This document shows, one piece after another, positions 10,211-19,897 of a stretch of 64,000 bases of DNA (position 1 is the stretch's first letter; each line of letters starts with the position of its first letter). Under the pieces are notes generated by a model, which was given only the letters and a program-made list of their open reading frames with translations, was not told where the DNA came from and did not search any database. Source of the stretch: Acidobacteriota bacterium. GTDB taxonomy: Bacteria; Acidobacteriota; UBA890; WLXD01. The stretch lies in assembly GCA_965205505.1 (NCBI GenBank), contig CBDBHB010000009.1:2368001-2432000 (forward strand), written 5' to 3'. The position numbers and the translations under genes are program-made.

Positions 10211-10930
10211 TCAGCGCGTCAGCGCGATTCCCGACAGCATCCGTCCGGCGTCGTCGCCGTCTCGACGGTAGGAATGGAAGTTGCCGGGCTCGGAGAGCGT
10301 GCAGCGTCCGCAGGCGTGCACACGTGACGGATCGACGCCGCACGCTTGCAGTTGGAATCTTGCAGCACCTACGAGGTCGCACAGCCACGTTCGGTGCGGC
10401 GCACCTTCCTGGGTGGTTTCGTCACGAGGCTCGCGAAATACGCTCATCGGCAATCCGGCGGCACGAAACGACGTTGCGACGTCGTTGCCCACGCGATACG
10501 CGTCAGCGCCGATACACGGACCTAGCGCGACGACACAGTTTCGCGGTTCGGTGCCGAACTCGCGCACCATCGCGCCCATCATTGCTGGTAGCACCCCGAG
10601 CGCTACGCCGCGCCAGCCAGCGTGGGCTGCGCCGATGGACCGGGTTGTGGCGTCGAACGTCAGCGCGGGCAGGCAGTCGGCGGTCGCGATCGCGAGCGTG
10701 ATATCACGGCGCCGCGTGATCAGCGCGTCGCCGGACGGACGCTCCTCGACGGTTGTGCTTTGGAACTGCTGTAGCTCGGTGCTGGGGTCGATCAGTAGTA
10801 CTTCGGACCCGTGCACTTGGCGCAAGCGAACCGCGGGCGAGGGAAGATCGCCGTGCAACGTTCCCTGACGCAGCTCGAAGCCGTGGGCAGTGGCCAGCGC
10901 CGGTAAGCGCAAGACGCCTGACGCGACCAT
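10211..10930 (-). CDS. pgeF: PgeF/YfiH family protein (peptidoglycan editing factor / purine nucleoside phosphorylase)
   Basis: QVHG, ADC, HAGWRG, GPCI and HSYRR motifs. Confidence 0.9.
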   Translation of the reverse strand: MVASGVLRLPALATAHGFELRQGTLHGDLPSPAVRLRQVHGSEVLLIDPSTELQQFQSTTVEERPSGDALITRRRDITLAIATADCLPALTFDATTRSIGAAHAGWRGVALGVLPAMMGAMVREFGTEPRNCVVALGPCIGADAYRVGNDVATSFRAAGLPMSVFREPRDETTQEGAPHRTWLCDLVGAARFQLQACGVDPSRVHACGRCTLSEPGNFHSYRRDGDDAGRMLSGIALTR

Positions 10931-10933
10931 TCC

Positions 10934-12667
10934 TCAGCTCGTTGCTGCCAGCGATTGCGGTACCTCGGCGGCGATGTCCGCCGCCTTACGCCATTGGTTG
11001 GCTAGGGCCGGAATTCCCGGCCCAACGCGCAGATGGCCCCATGGCGTCGGTTCGAGGGGGTCGCGCTGGCGCAGAAACTCCTCCATCGGGACACCGTGCA
11101 TTGCCGACCAGGTGCGGAAGGCCTGGGCCCATTCACCACAGTGAAGCCACTCCTCGAGCAAGTCGGCGACACGACGATCACCCCGTGACATCACCGCCTG
11201 AATCTCGGCAGAGCGCGGTGGCATGGCGTCGATGACCAGGTTGGGGACTCCGGCGGCGCGCCGACGCAGCCACTTGAGCTTGGCTCGGTAGGTGCGTCTG
11301 TCGATCTGCGGCGCCCACTGCAGCGGTGTTCCGGGTTTGGGAATCAGGCAATTGATCGACATCGTGATCGTGCCGATGCGGCCGCGAGCACGGCCCTCCT
11401 CGATCATGATGTCGCGCATCCTCTCGCCCAGCTCGACGATGGCCTCGAGATCGCTCTCGGTCTCGCCGGGAAGCCCGATGATGATGTAGTTCTTCAAGTT
11501 CAATGCACCCGCCCGGAAGATCATGCGGGTCTTGGCGAGGATCTCTTCGTTGCTGATCTTCTTCATGATCAGCCGGCGCATGCGGTCGCTGCCGGCTTCA
11601 GGGGCGATCGTGATCGTCCGCTGCCCCGACTCGACGACGGCATGCAGCAACGGCTCGCTGAGGGTGGAGATGATGAGGCTCGGACTGAAGACGCGGAATC
11701 CGCGCTCACGCAAGCCCGCGGCGATGGCCTCGATCTCCGGATGGTCGAGCAACGCGGTTGCTACCAGTCCTACCCGGTCGGTATGTTGCCGCCAGGGCTC
11801 CACGGCCTGCAGAACATCATCGACGCCATGCACCCTGAAAGGCAGAATGCTGTAGCCGACCCAGCAATAGCGGCAGCCTTTCGTGCAGCCTCGCGCCACC
11901 TCCACGAGCACCCGATCTCCCAGCTCGCTCTCAGGAGCGAGAATCGCCGTCGACGCAACGCGATCGACGCCGTCGAAGCGCGCCCGAACCTTGGTGATCG
12001 TTGGGTTCGCCGGGGCGCGGGCCTCGAGGGCGGCAAAGCGCGGTGGCTCGCCGGCATCGGCAGATTCGTAGTGCGGCACGTAGAACGACGGCACGTAAAA
12101 GCCGGGCCGGGTGGCGAGCTCCTCGAGCAGCTCATGACGCGACCGTGCCTGGCGCGTCGCGTCAAGCAACGGCGCCAGCAGCTCCTCGCCCTCGCCGAGG
12201 CAACAAACGTCGAGGAACGGCGCCACCGGTTCCGGGTTGATCGACACGGCGGCCCCGCCCATGACCACCAGCGGGTGACGCTCGTCTCGTGCCTCGGCCC
12301 GCAACGGGATGCCGGCCAGCTCGAGTATCCGTAGGATATTCGGGTAGTCGTTCTCGAATGATGTAGAAAACGCCAGTACATCGAAGTCGCCCACCGGCGT
12401 GTTTGACTCGAGACTGAAGAGCCTCGTGCCCGTTCGATCGTAGTCGGGCAGCTCCTCGTAGTCGGGCAGGAAAACACGCTCACAGCGGACGTCAGGATGT
12501 GCATTGGCCTGGCGGTACACGCTGTGCAGCCCGAGGTTCCCCATTCCGACCGCATAGGAATTGGGATACGCAAGCGCCATCCGAAGCTTGGCGTTGCCCG
12601 GCGCAACAGCCGAAACTTCACGTGAAAGTCGCGCACGCGCGCTCTCGTGCAGGTTCATTGTGGACAT
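10934..12667 (-). CDS. Radical SAM protein with N-terminal B12-binding-like domain
   Basis: YPNSYAVGMGNLG, EVARGCTKGCRYC (CxxxCxxC), APEAGS, PKPGTP. Start placed at ATG 12667 because the longer ORF runs into a repeat. Confidence 0.85.
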   Translation of the reverse strand: MSTMNLHESARARLSREVSAVAPGNAKLRMALAYPNSYAVGMGNLGLHSVYRQANAHPDVRCERVFLPDYEELPDYDRTGTRLFSLESNTPVGDFDVLAFSTSFENDYPNILRILELAGIPLRAEARDERHPLVVMGGAAVSINPEPVAPFLDVCCLGEGEELLAPLLDATRQARSRHELLEELATRPGFYVPSFYVPHYESADAGEPPRFAALEARAPANPTITKVRARFDGVDRVASTAILAPESELGDRVLVEVARGCTKGCRYCWVGYSILPFRVHGVDDVLQAVEPWRQHTDRVGLVATALLDHPEIEAIAAGLRERGFRVFSPSLIISTLSEPLLHAVVESGQRTITIAPEAGSDRMRRLIMKKISNEEILAKTRMIFRAGALNLKNYIIIGLPGETESDLEAIVELGERMRDIMIEEGRARGRIGTITMSINCLIPKPGTPLQWAPQIDRRTYRAKLKWLRRRAAGVPNLVIDAMPPRSAEIQAVMSRGDRRVADLLEEWLHCGEWAQAFRTWSAMHGVPMEEFLRQRDPLEPTPWGHLRVGPGIPALANQWRKAADIAAEVPQSLAATS

Positions 12668-12769
12668 CGTCCGTGGATGATCGCGGATCGGCCCGACCGA
12701 TCGCTGACAAGGAGTGGGCCCTATTGTAGCGGCCCGTTGGCGCGCGACATGCGTGGGAGTCAGATCGGA

Positions 12770-12887
12770 CGATCTCGGCGCCACGGCTCTTCGACGATGG
12801 CTAAAGGATCGCCATCCTCATCGCACCTTGAGCTTGCCCCCTTCTCGGCCCAGCTATTTGCAACGGATTCCTGACTCAGGACACTAG
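12770..12887. repeat. Degenerate half-copy of the CTAG-bounded miniature element, abutting the ftsZ stop codon
   Basis: 118 bp collinear with 40565-40682 (CGATCTCGGCG..GGCTC.TCGA.GATGGCTAA...CCTTGA...TCAGGA..CACTAG). Confidence 0.75.
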
Positions 12888-14140
12888 CTGCGTGAGGTTT
12901 CTTGGCGCAAGAACGCAGGGACCTCGAGGTCATCCTCCTCCAGGTCGAACGCCTTGTACGCTGCGGCCGGCGTGTCCGGTGCCGGTTCCGCTGTCTCGGT
13001 TGCGAAGAAGGTCGCGTTCGCCGGGCGAGTGGCCGGAGTGACGGCGTCGCCGTGTGCCAGGACGGCATTATGCATGTTCGGGCAGGGCTCGAAGCCGGTG
13101 GCGATTACCGTGACCTTGATGGTCCCCTCGAGCGCCTCGTCGATGACCGCGCCGAACAGTATGTTGGCATCTTCGTCGGCCGCCGCGTGAATGATCGTCG
13201 ACGCCTCGTTCACCTCATGCAGCGTCATGCTCGGACCGCCCGAGACGTTGATCAACACTCCGCGGGCGCCGTCAATGGTGGTGTCTTCGAGCAACGGCGA
13301 GTGAATCGCGGCGTGGGCTGCTTCGGCGGCGCGCTTGTCGCCGTCGCGCATTGCCGTGCCCATGATCGCCATGCCCATCCCTGACATCACCGTGCGCACA
13401 TCGGCGAAGTCGAGATTGATGAGGCCGGGGACGAGGATGAGATCAGCGATGCCCTGCACCCCCTGATGGAGTACCTGATCGGCGTGGCGGAACGCGTCGA
13501 TCAGCGGGGTCTCAGGCGATACGGTAGCTAGCAGGCGGTCGTTGGGGACCGCGATCAGCGTGTCGACAGCTTCCTGCAATTCCTTAAGCCCGAGGTCCGC
13601 TTGCATCATCCGGCGGCGGCCCTCGAAGCTGAACGGCTTGGTCACCACGGCAACGGTGAGGGCGCCGAGCTCGTTGGCCAACCGTGCGATCACCGGAGCG
13701 GCCCCGGTGGCAGTTCCACCGCCCAAGCCCCCAGTGATGAATACCATGTCCGCCCCCTCGAGTGCGGCAACGATACGATCTGTGTCCTCGAGCGCTGCCT
13801 GTCGACCGATCTCGGGGTTGGCGCCGGCTCCCAACCCGCGCGTCAGGTTGGTGCCGAGCTGCAACTTCGACGGAGCCGTATTCGACTCGAGCGCCTGCAC
13901 GTCGGTGTTGGCAGCGATGAACTCCACGCCCTTGAGCCCAGCCATCATCATGCGGGTGATGGCGTTGCCGCCGCCGCCGCCCACGCCGACCACCTTGATG
14001 TACGCGTTGTGACGCATCGAATCTCCTGGCAGCAGAGCCATGGGGTGGTCTGAGGGAAGCGGGTCGGAACTTGCCGGCACGGCATCGTACGTGCCTGAAT
14101 CCTCGAGCTCCGGCTGCTGTTCTCGCCGATCGTCGGTCAT
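12884..14140 (-). CDS. ftsZ: Cell division protein FtsZ
   Basis: [33 protein letters not shown]-terminal DLEVPAFLR; GGGGAGG upstream of ATG 14140. Confidence 0.97.
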   Translation of the reverse strand: MTDDRREQQPELEDSGTYDAVPASSDPLPSDHPMALLPGDSMRHNAYIKVVGVGGGGGNAITRMMMAGLKGVEFIAANTDVQALESNTAPSKLQLGTNLTRGLGAGANPEIGRQAALEDTDRIVAALEGADMVFITGGLGGGTATGAAPVIARLANELGALTVAVVTKPFSFEGRRRMMQADLGLKELQEAVDTLIAVPNDRLLATVSPETPLIDAFRHADQVLHQGVQGIADLILVPGLINLDFADVRTVMSGMGMAIMGTAMRDGDKRAAEAAHAAIHSPLLEDTTIDGARGVLINVSGGPSMTLHEVNEASTIIHAAADEDANILFGAVIDEALEGTIKVTVIATGFEPCPNMHNAVLAHGDAVTPATRPANATFFATETAEPAPDTPAAAYKAFDLEEDDLEVPAFLRQETSRS

Positions 14141-14189
14141 TCCCGTACCCTCCCCAAACTCCACGGTTCAGTTGGCTAGCGGCGCATCC

Positions 14190-15428
14190 TCAAAACAAGT
14201 CGGCGAGCCAGCGCGCGAAACGACCTCGCACCCGACGAATGAACACCGGGTCCCGTACCTCGAATCGCGACGCTACACCAATATTGCGATGGCCATACAG
14301 GGCCAGTCCCACGGCGGTTGAGTAACCGGCTCCCGACACCAAGTCGACCAGACCGGTCACTTCGTTGGGGATCCCGACACGCACCGGCAGCCCGAACCGC
14401 TGCTCAGCCGTTTCTGCAAGTCCCTCGAGCAAAGCGCCGCCCCCTGTAAGCACGATGCCGGCGTGGAGCACGTCTGCAAACCCGGAGCGGCGAATGTCAT
14501 CGCGCACCATGTGGAGAATCTCCACTGCTCTCAGTCTAAGGATCTCACAAAGTTGCCTTCGAGGCACCAGCGATGAGGCACGCCCTCCGATTCCCGGTAC
14601 CTCGACCGACTGATCGTCGGGAACCAGGTCGGGGAGCACGACGCCATGGCGAACCTTGATCTTCTCCGCCTCGGGAAGTGGGGTCTTGAGCACCACCGAG
14701 ACGTCGTTCGTGAAGTTCTCGCCGCCGACAGGAAATACCGACGTGTGGCACACCGCGCCGCTCTGGAAGCAAACCAAGTCGGTAGTGCCACCACCGATGT
14801 CGATGAGGGCGACCCCGAGCTCGCGCTCGTCGCGCGACAGCACGGCCTCGTTGGCAGCCAGCGCCTCGAGCACCACAGCCTGTACCTCGATGCCGCCCCG
14901 ATTGGCGCAGTTCACCAGGTTCTGTATTGCCGACACCGACGCCACCACCAAATGGAGGCTTACCTCCAAGCGTTTCGCCGACATGCCGAGCGGATCGATG
15001 ATGTTGTCTTGCCCATCGACGAGGAACTGCTGCGGAAGCAGATGAACGATCTCTCGGTCGCCCGGAAGATCGAGGTCGCTGGCGGCGTCAATAACGCGTC
15101 GGATGTCGTCTTCGGTCACCTCTCGGGCGCGGCTGTCGAGGCCGATCGCGCCGCGGCTGTTGAAGCCGCGCACATGGTTGCCGGTGGCGCTGACCCAAGC
15201 TCGATCGACGCTCACGGCGGCCATCAGCTCGGCCTCTTCGACGGCCGCCTTGATCGACTCGACCGTGCTCTCGATGTCGACCACCACGCCCTTCTTCTGC
15301 CCGCGTGAGGGCGCCAGGCCTACGCCCACCACCTCGAGCTCGCCGTCTGGATGCGCCTCCGCGATCACCGCGCATACCTTGGTCGTGCCGATGTCGAGAC
15401 CGACGATGTAGCGTTCAAGGCGGGCCAC
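14190..15428 (-). CDS. ftsA: Cell division protein FtsA
   Basis: GLDIGTTKV, DIGGGTTD, LTGGGA; position in the dcw cluster. Confidence 0.97.
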   Translation of the reverse strand: MARLERYIVGLDIGTTKVCAVIAEAHPDGELEVVGVGLAPSRGQKKGVVVDIESTVESIKAAVEEAELMAAVSVDRAWVSATGNHVRGFNSRGAIGLDSRAREVTEDDIRRVIDAASDLDLPGDREIVHLLPQQFLVDGQDNIIDPLGMSAKRLEVSLHLVVASVSAIQNLVNCANRGGIEVQAVVLEALAANEAVLSRDERELGVALIDIGGGTTDLVCFQSGAVCHTSVFPVGGENFTNDVSVVLKTPLPEAEKIKVRHGVVLPDLVPDDQSVEVPGIGGRASSLVPRRQLCEILRLRAVEILHMVRDDIRRSGFADVLHAGIVLTGGGALLEGLAETAEQRFGLPVRVGIPNEVTGLVDLVSGAGYSTAVGLALYGHRNIGVASRFEVRDPVFIRRVRGRFARWLADLF

Positions 15429-15433
15429 CGTCG

Positions 15434-16285
15434 CTAGTCCTCGGTTCCGGTGTCCGTTTCAGGCGCGCGCACCACCACCATGTCTCGGTATCGCAGATCG
15501 ACGACCGCGCGGTTAGGCAGCGGTCGGCGCGTCGCCAGCGCGTGCAGGTTGTCGAACTTGATCTGCAAGCGCGAAGCGTCGCCGACCTGCAGCGTAAGTA
15601 GCGGACCGGCAAGCACCAGTACGACACCGGTAGGCTCAAGCCGCACGTAGGCAACCTGGCCGAACAGGTCGCGGCGTGTCTGGCGTAGCCAGTCGACGAT
15701 CATGACAGCGTCGTCGAAGAACGCTACGCCGGGGGCATGGCGGGGGACCTTGCGCGTCGCATCGAGTGCCGGCCGCACGGCAGTGGTCATCCGTAGGCGC
15801 GGTAGGCTGCGGTCGGACTGCGGATCGGGGCCGAGCAATACGCCGTCTTTGGATACCAGCCAAGCGCCGTCCGGGGCGTGCAGTCGGCCCCAGGGACCAC
15901 GCAACGAGACCTCCACCTCCAGCGTTTCCGGTAGCAACCGCCGAACGCGCGCCGTATGCACCTGCGGGATGCTCTCCACACGCGCCCGAAGGGGATCGAG
16001 ATCGAGCATCAGTAGGTTGCGACCCAGCACCGGCTCGAGCTGCTGACGCACGACATCGCGGATGCGCTCGGGCACCGCGTCCACGGCCAGCTCGCGCAAG
16101 ACGAAGCGGTCGCTGCTGGCGGCGTAGCCGTAGCCGGCATAGGCGAGCCCGCCGCCGAAGGCGATACCTGAGGCCACCAGCATGAGTTGCCCGAAGATCG
16201 CCAGGTTGCTCCGCCGGCGTAGTGCTGGGCGATTGTGCACCGAGCGCAGGAACTGCGGGGCGCGTTTTCCGCTCGTCGCTACCAT
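15434..16285 (-). CDS. ftsQ: Cell division protein FtsQ/DivIB
   Basis: Single TM segment, POTRA-like region (VRRLLPETLEV), C-terminal VDLRY; precedes ftsA. Confidence 0.85.
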   Translation of the reverse strand: MVATSGKRAPQFLRSVHNRPALRRRSNLAIFGQLMLVASGIAFGGGLAYAGYGYAASSDRFVLRELAVDAVPERIRDVVRQQLEPVLGRNLLMLDLDPLRARVESIPQVHTARVRRLLPETLEVEVSLRGPWGRLHAPDGAWLVSKDGVLLGPDPQSDRSLPRLRMTTAVRPALDATRKVPRHAPGVAFFDDAVMIVDWLRQTRRDLFGQVAYVRLEPTGVVLVLAGPLLTLQVGDASRLQIKFDNLHALATRRPLPNRAVVDLRYRDMVVVRAPETDTGTED

Positions 16286-17232
16286 CGACGGATCTCCGAC
16301 TGTAGAAGCGTGCCGCTATGGTCATGAACCCGCGAGATCACGCAGTCGATCAGCTCTTCGATGTCGTGCGCGCTGGCATGGCCGAGGTTGACGATGAAAT
16401 TGGCGTGGCGATCGGACACGACGGCGTTGCCGACGCGTAGCCGCTTGCAGCCGGCATCATCGATCAGCTGGCCGGCGCTGTCGCCGTCGGGAGGATTGCG
16501 GAAGATACAGCCTGAGTTGCGCGCCCCAACCGGCTGTCGTTGGCGCTTGCGCCGCTGCAGCTCGTCGTACCGTTCGGTGAGCCGGCTGGCGTCGCCTTGT
16601 TCGACGCGCACGCCCACCGCGATGATTGTCCACGGGGCGGAAACGCTTGGCAGGGTCAGGCTTCTGTATGCCCACACTAGGTCGGCAGCTTCGATTCGAT
16701 GTGCCTCGCCGCACGAGCTCACGACATCGATGTCGACGGTGCAACATCGCATGTCACCACCCCAGCAGCCGGCGTTACCGGCAGCCGCACCGCCGATCGT
16801 TCCGGGTAACCCCGCCGACCACACCAGCCCGTGCAGCCCTCGAGCGATGGTGTAGCGCAACGCTCGCGCCGTCGGCAGGCTCGCCGGAACCCGTAAGACG
16901 TTGCCGTCAAGCCACAATCGGTCCGCGGCACGCGCCATGTTGATGACTGGCGCAGCGACACCCTCGTCGGCCACCAGCAGGTTGCTACCGCCACCGAGCA
17001 CGTGCCACTGGAGCTGGCGCGAGCCCATCCACGCGACCATGGCACGGATATCTTCCTGATGTTGCGGCCATAGCATGATCGGACATGGGCCCCCGACGCC
17101 CATCGAGGTGTGGCAGGCTAGCGGCTCGTCGCGCACAAAGCGCCAGCTGCCCGCATGTGCCGCACTTTCCATTGCTCGGATCGCCGTCTTTGTCCAGGAG
17201 GCGCCTTCGATCGGGGGCCGGATTGCCAACAT
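16279..17232 (-). CDS. murB: UDP-N-acetylmuramate dehydrogenase
   Basis: LGGGSNLL, PGTIGGA, SGCIFRNP, HANFIVN. Confidence 0.95.
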   Translation of the reverse strand: MLAIRPPIEGASWTKTAIRAMESAAHAGSWRFVRDEPLACHTSMGVGGPCPIMLWPQHQEDIRAMVAWMGSRQLQWHVLGGGSNLLVADEGVAAPVINMARAADRLWLDGNVLRVPASLPTARALRYTIARGLHGLVWSAGLPGTIGGAAAGNAGCWGGDMRCCTVDIDVVSSCGEAHRIEAADLVWAYRSLTLPSVSAPWTIIAVGVRVEQGDASRLTERYDELQRRKRQRQPVGARNSGCIFRNPPDGDSAGQLIDDAGCKRLRVGNAVVSDRHANFIVNLGHASAHDIEELIDCVISRVHDHSGTLLQSEIRRW

Positions 17233-17234
17233 CT

Positions 17235-18671
17235 CTATCCTTCGTCGGTCGACGGCTGGTCGACGCTGTCGCCCACCTCGTCGGCGACGCCGCGCTCAAC
17301 ACCAGAGAGCCATTCGCCGACACGTCGCGAGAGCTTCCAGACGTCGCCCGCGCCGAGCGTCAGCACGATGTCGCCTGGTCGGGCGTGCCGAGTAACCGCC
17401 TCGAACGCCGCTTCCAGGTCAGCGATGGTGATCACCTGGCGCTGGCCGTGCTGACGCATGGCCAGTGCTAGGTCCTGCCCGGTAACACCAGGAATGGGCT
17501 CCTCGCCGGCTGCGTAGATCGGTAGCACCAGTACTATGTCGGCATCATAGAAGGCGCGGCCAAAGTCGTCGCGAAGCAAGTGCGATCGACTGTAACGATG
17601 CGGCTGAAAGCAGACGATCTTGCGTCGATCCGGAAACGCCTCGCCGGCGGCTTCAAGCACAGCACGGATCTCGGTGGGGTGGTGTCCATAGTCGTCGACG
17701 ACGAGAATATCCCCGCCGGAATGGACTCGTTGGAAGCGGCGTGCGGTACCGGCATAGCTGGCCAGCGCGTCGGCGATGGTGGCGAACGTAATTCCCAGGT
17801 CCAATCCCACCGCGACGCAGGCGAGCGCGTTTAGCGCGTTGTGTCGTCCGAGCACGCGCAGCTGGATCTCGCCGAGCTCGTCGGCGCCGGCGTGGCAAGT
17901 GAGCCGAGTGCCTTCGGAGCTCACCTCGACCGCTGACGCGCGGATGTCGGATTGCGGGTTCGTACCGTAGGTGAGGAGCTTGCGCGTCACCCGCGGCATG
18001 ACCTCCTGGAGTTCGGGATCGTCAAGACAAACGACCGCCGTGCCGTAGAACGGGACCTTATTGAGAAACTCGACGAAGGCGTCCTTGAGGGCATCGAAGT
18101 CGTCGTAGTGATCCAGATGCTCTAGATCGATGTTGGTCACCACGGCGATCGTCGGGCTGAGCCGTAGGAACGATCCGTCGCTCTCGTCCGCCTCGGCGAC
18201 CATGAACTCTCCCTGGCCGAGACGAGCGTTGGTTCCCCAAGCCTCCAGGCGGCCACCGATGACGACCGTCGGGTCGAGATCGGCTGCCTCGAACACCGTC
18301 GCCATCATCGACGTTGTGGTTGTCTTGCCGTGCGAGCCGGCGATAAGCACGCCGTGTCGCATGCGCATGAGCTCGGCAAGCATCTCGGCGCGTGGAATAA
18401 CCGGGACCCCCGCGGCGCGGGCGGCCGCTACCTCCGGGTTGTCGACGCCAACGGCAGATGACACTACGACGACGTCGGCGCCTCGGACGTTGCCTGCCGC
18501 GTGACCGACGAATACGGTGCCACCCAAGCCCACCAGGCGTTCGGTGATAGGCGACGTCCGCAGGTCGGACCCGGATACCTCGTAGTCGAGGTTTAGCAGT
18601 AGCTCGGCGATGCCGCTCATGCCGATGCCGCCGATGCCGACGAAGTGGAGGCGGCGTACGCGCTTCAGCAT
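17235..18671 (-). CDS. murC: UDP-N-acetylmuramate--L-alanine ligase
   Basis: HFVGIGGIGMSGIA, GSHGKTTT, EADESD, DDYGHHPTE; start MLKRVRR at 18671. Confidence 0.97.
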   Translation of the reverse strand: MLKRVRRLHFVGIGGIGMSGIAELLLNLDYEVSGSDLRTSPITERLVGLGGTVFVGHAAGNVRGADVVVVSSAVGVDNPEVAAARAAGVPVIPRAEMLAELMRMRHGVLIAGSHGKTTTTSMMATVFEAADLDPTVVIGGRLEAWGTNARLGQGEFMVAEADESDGSFLRLSPTIAVVTNIDLEHLDHYDDFDALKDAFVEFLNKVPFYGTAVVCLDDPELQEVMPRVTRKLLTYGTNPQSDIRASAVEVSSEGTRLTCHAGADELGEIQLRVLGRHNALNALACVAVGLDLGITFATIADALASYAGTARRFQRVHSGGDILVVDDYGHHPTEIRAVLEAAGEAFPDRRKIVCFQPHRYSRSHLLRDDFGRAFYDADIVLVLPIYAAGEEPIPGVTGQDLALAMRQHGQRQVITIADLEAAFEAVTRHARPGDIVLTLGAGDVWKLSRRVGEWLSGVERGVADEVGDSVDQPSTDEG

Positions 18672-19897
18672 GTCTGGGGACCTCGTTCTCGGGTGACGTC
18701 GATCGATCGGCGCAGCGGGCCACCGTGGGTCGCGTTCGAGCTCGTAGTCGTCGGTGCGCTTGCCGGGCTCGGGGGCGCCGAAGCGTCGATCAGCGACAGT
18801 GCCAGATCTGCCACCATCGCGGCGGCGGCGTCGCGCCCGCAGGTCGCCGCTGCCGCCGCCATCTCGGCACGTCGGCCGACGTCGGTCGCCAGCTCCAGAA
18901 TCGCTTCCGCGAGCGCCTGCCCGTTCGCGGACTCCTCCACGATGACGGCGGCCCCAGCTCGTTGGAGAGCTCTTGCGTTGGAATGCTGGTGGCGCCCGGC
19001 GGCGCTCGGAAAGGGAACCAGGATCGACGGCAGCCCACAGTACGCCAGCTCGGCGATCGTCGTCGCGCCGGCGCGGCCACACACCAGATCGGCCTGCGCG
19101 TAGGCCGCACCGATGCTGCGAATGAACGGCGTTACAATGGCAGGAATGCCGTGCTCTTCGTACGCGTCGCGCAGGGAGTCGAGGTCGATCTTGCCAGCTT
19201 GGTGGGTAATCCTGAGGCCTACGTGTGCGGCCGCCAGTATCGGGATAGCAAGCTCGGTCATCGTGTTCAGTCCGCGTGCTCCCTGGCTCCCGCCCAGGAT
19301 CAACAGATGAATACCGTTCCTGTGTGCGCCGGTCGCGTGGCCATCGCGCCGCAGTGCCGACGGTAGTGAAGTGCGCACGGGATTTCCGGTAAGCACCGCC
19401 TTGCCGCCAATGCGCTGTGCCGTCTCCTCGAACGAGACCGCGATCGCACGAGCGAAGGGGCGCAGCCATCGCGTTGTCAGGCCAGGGTCGGCGTTCTGCT
19501 CGAGAACCAATAGCGGAATTCCGGCCAGCCATGCCGCCAGGCCAGTGGGGCCGCACACGTAGCCGCCAGTGGCAATCACCAGATGTGGCCGGAAGCCTGC
19601 CAGGTGCCGACGGGCGGCCGCGATCGAAGCCGGGAGGGAAGCCAGAGCGCGCAAGCGTCCGGCCATTTCCATTCCCACCATGCCGCGAGCCCGCACCTCG
19701 ACAATAGGGTAGGGGACCATGTCACGAAGAGCGCGCTCGCTGGTGCGCTGGGATCCGATCACCAGAAACTCGCATCGCACTCGCGCCGCCAGCGCCTCGG
19801 CCGTCGCCAGGGCGGGCATCAGATGTCCACCGGTACCGCCGGCCGCAAGTGCCACCCTGAGGGGCTCGCGGGGCGAATCGGTCGGCGGAAGGCTCAT
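18665..19897 (-). CDS. murG: Lipid II GlcNAc transferase MurG
   Basis: GGTGGH, GGY, EQN, GNPVR, GGSQGA, RAGATT. Confidence 0.96.
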   Translation of the reverse strand: MSLPPTDSPREPLRVALAAGGTGGHLMPALATAEALAARVRCEFLVIGSQRTSERALRDMVPYPIVEVRARGMVGMEMAGRLRALASLPASIAAARRHLAGFRPHLVIATGGYVCGPTGLAAWLAGIPLLVLEQNADPGLTTRWLRPFARAIAVSFEETAQRIGGKAVLTGNPVRTSLPSALRRDGHATGAHRNGIHLLILGGSQGARGLNTMTELAIPILAAAHVGLRITHQAGKIDLDSLRDAYEEHGIPAIVTPFIRSIGAAYAQADLVCGRAGATTIAELAYCGLPSILVPFPSAAGRHQHSNARALQRAGAAVIVEESANGQALAEAILELATDVGRRAEMAAAAATCGRDAAAAMVADLALSLIDASAPPSPASAPTTTSSNATHGGPLRRSIDVTRERGPQTC

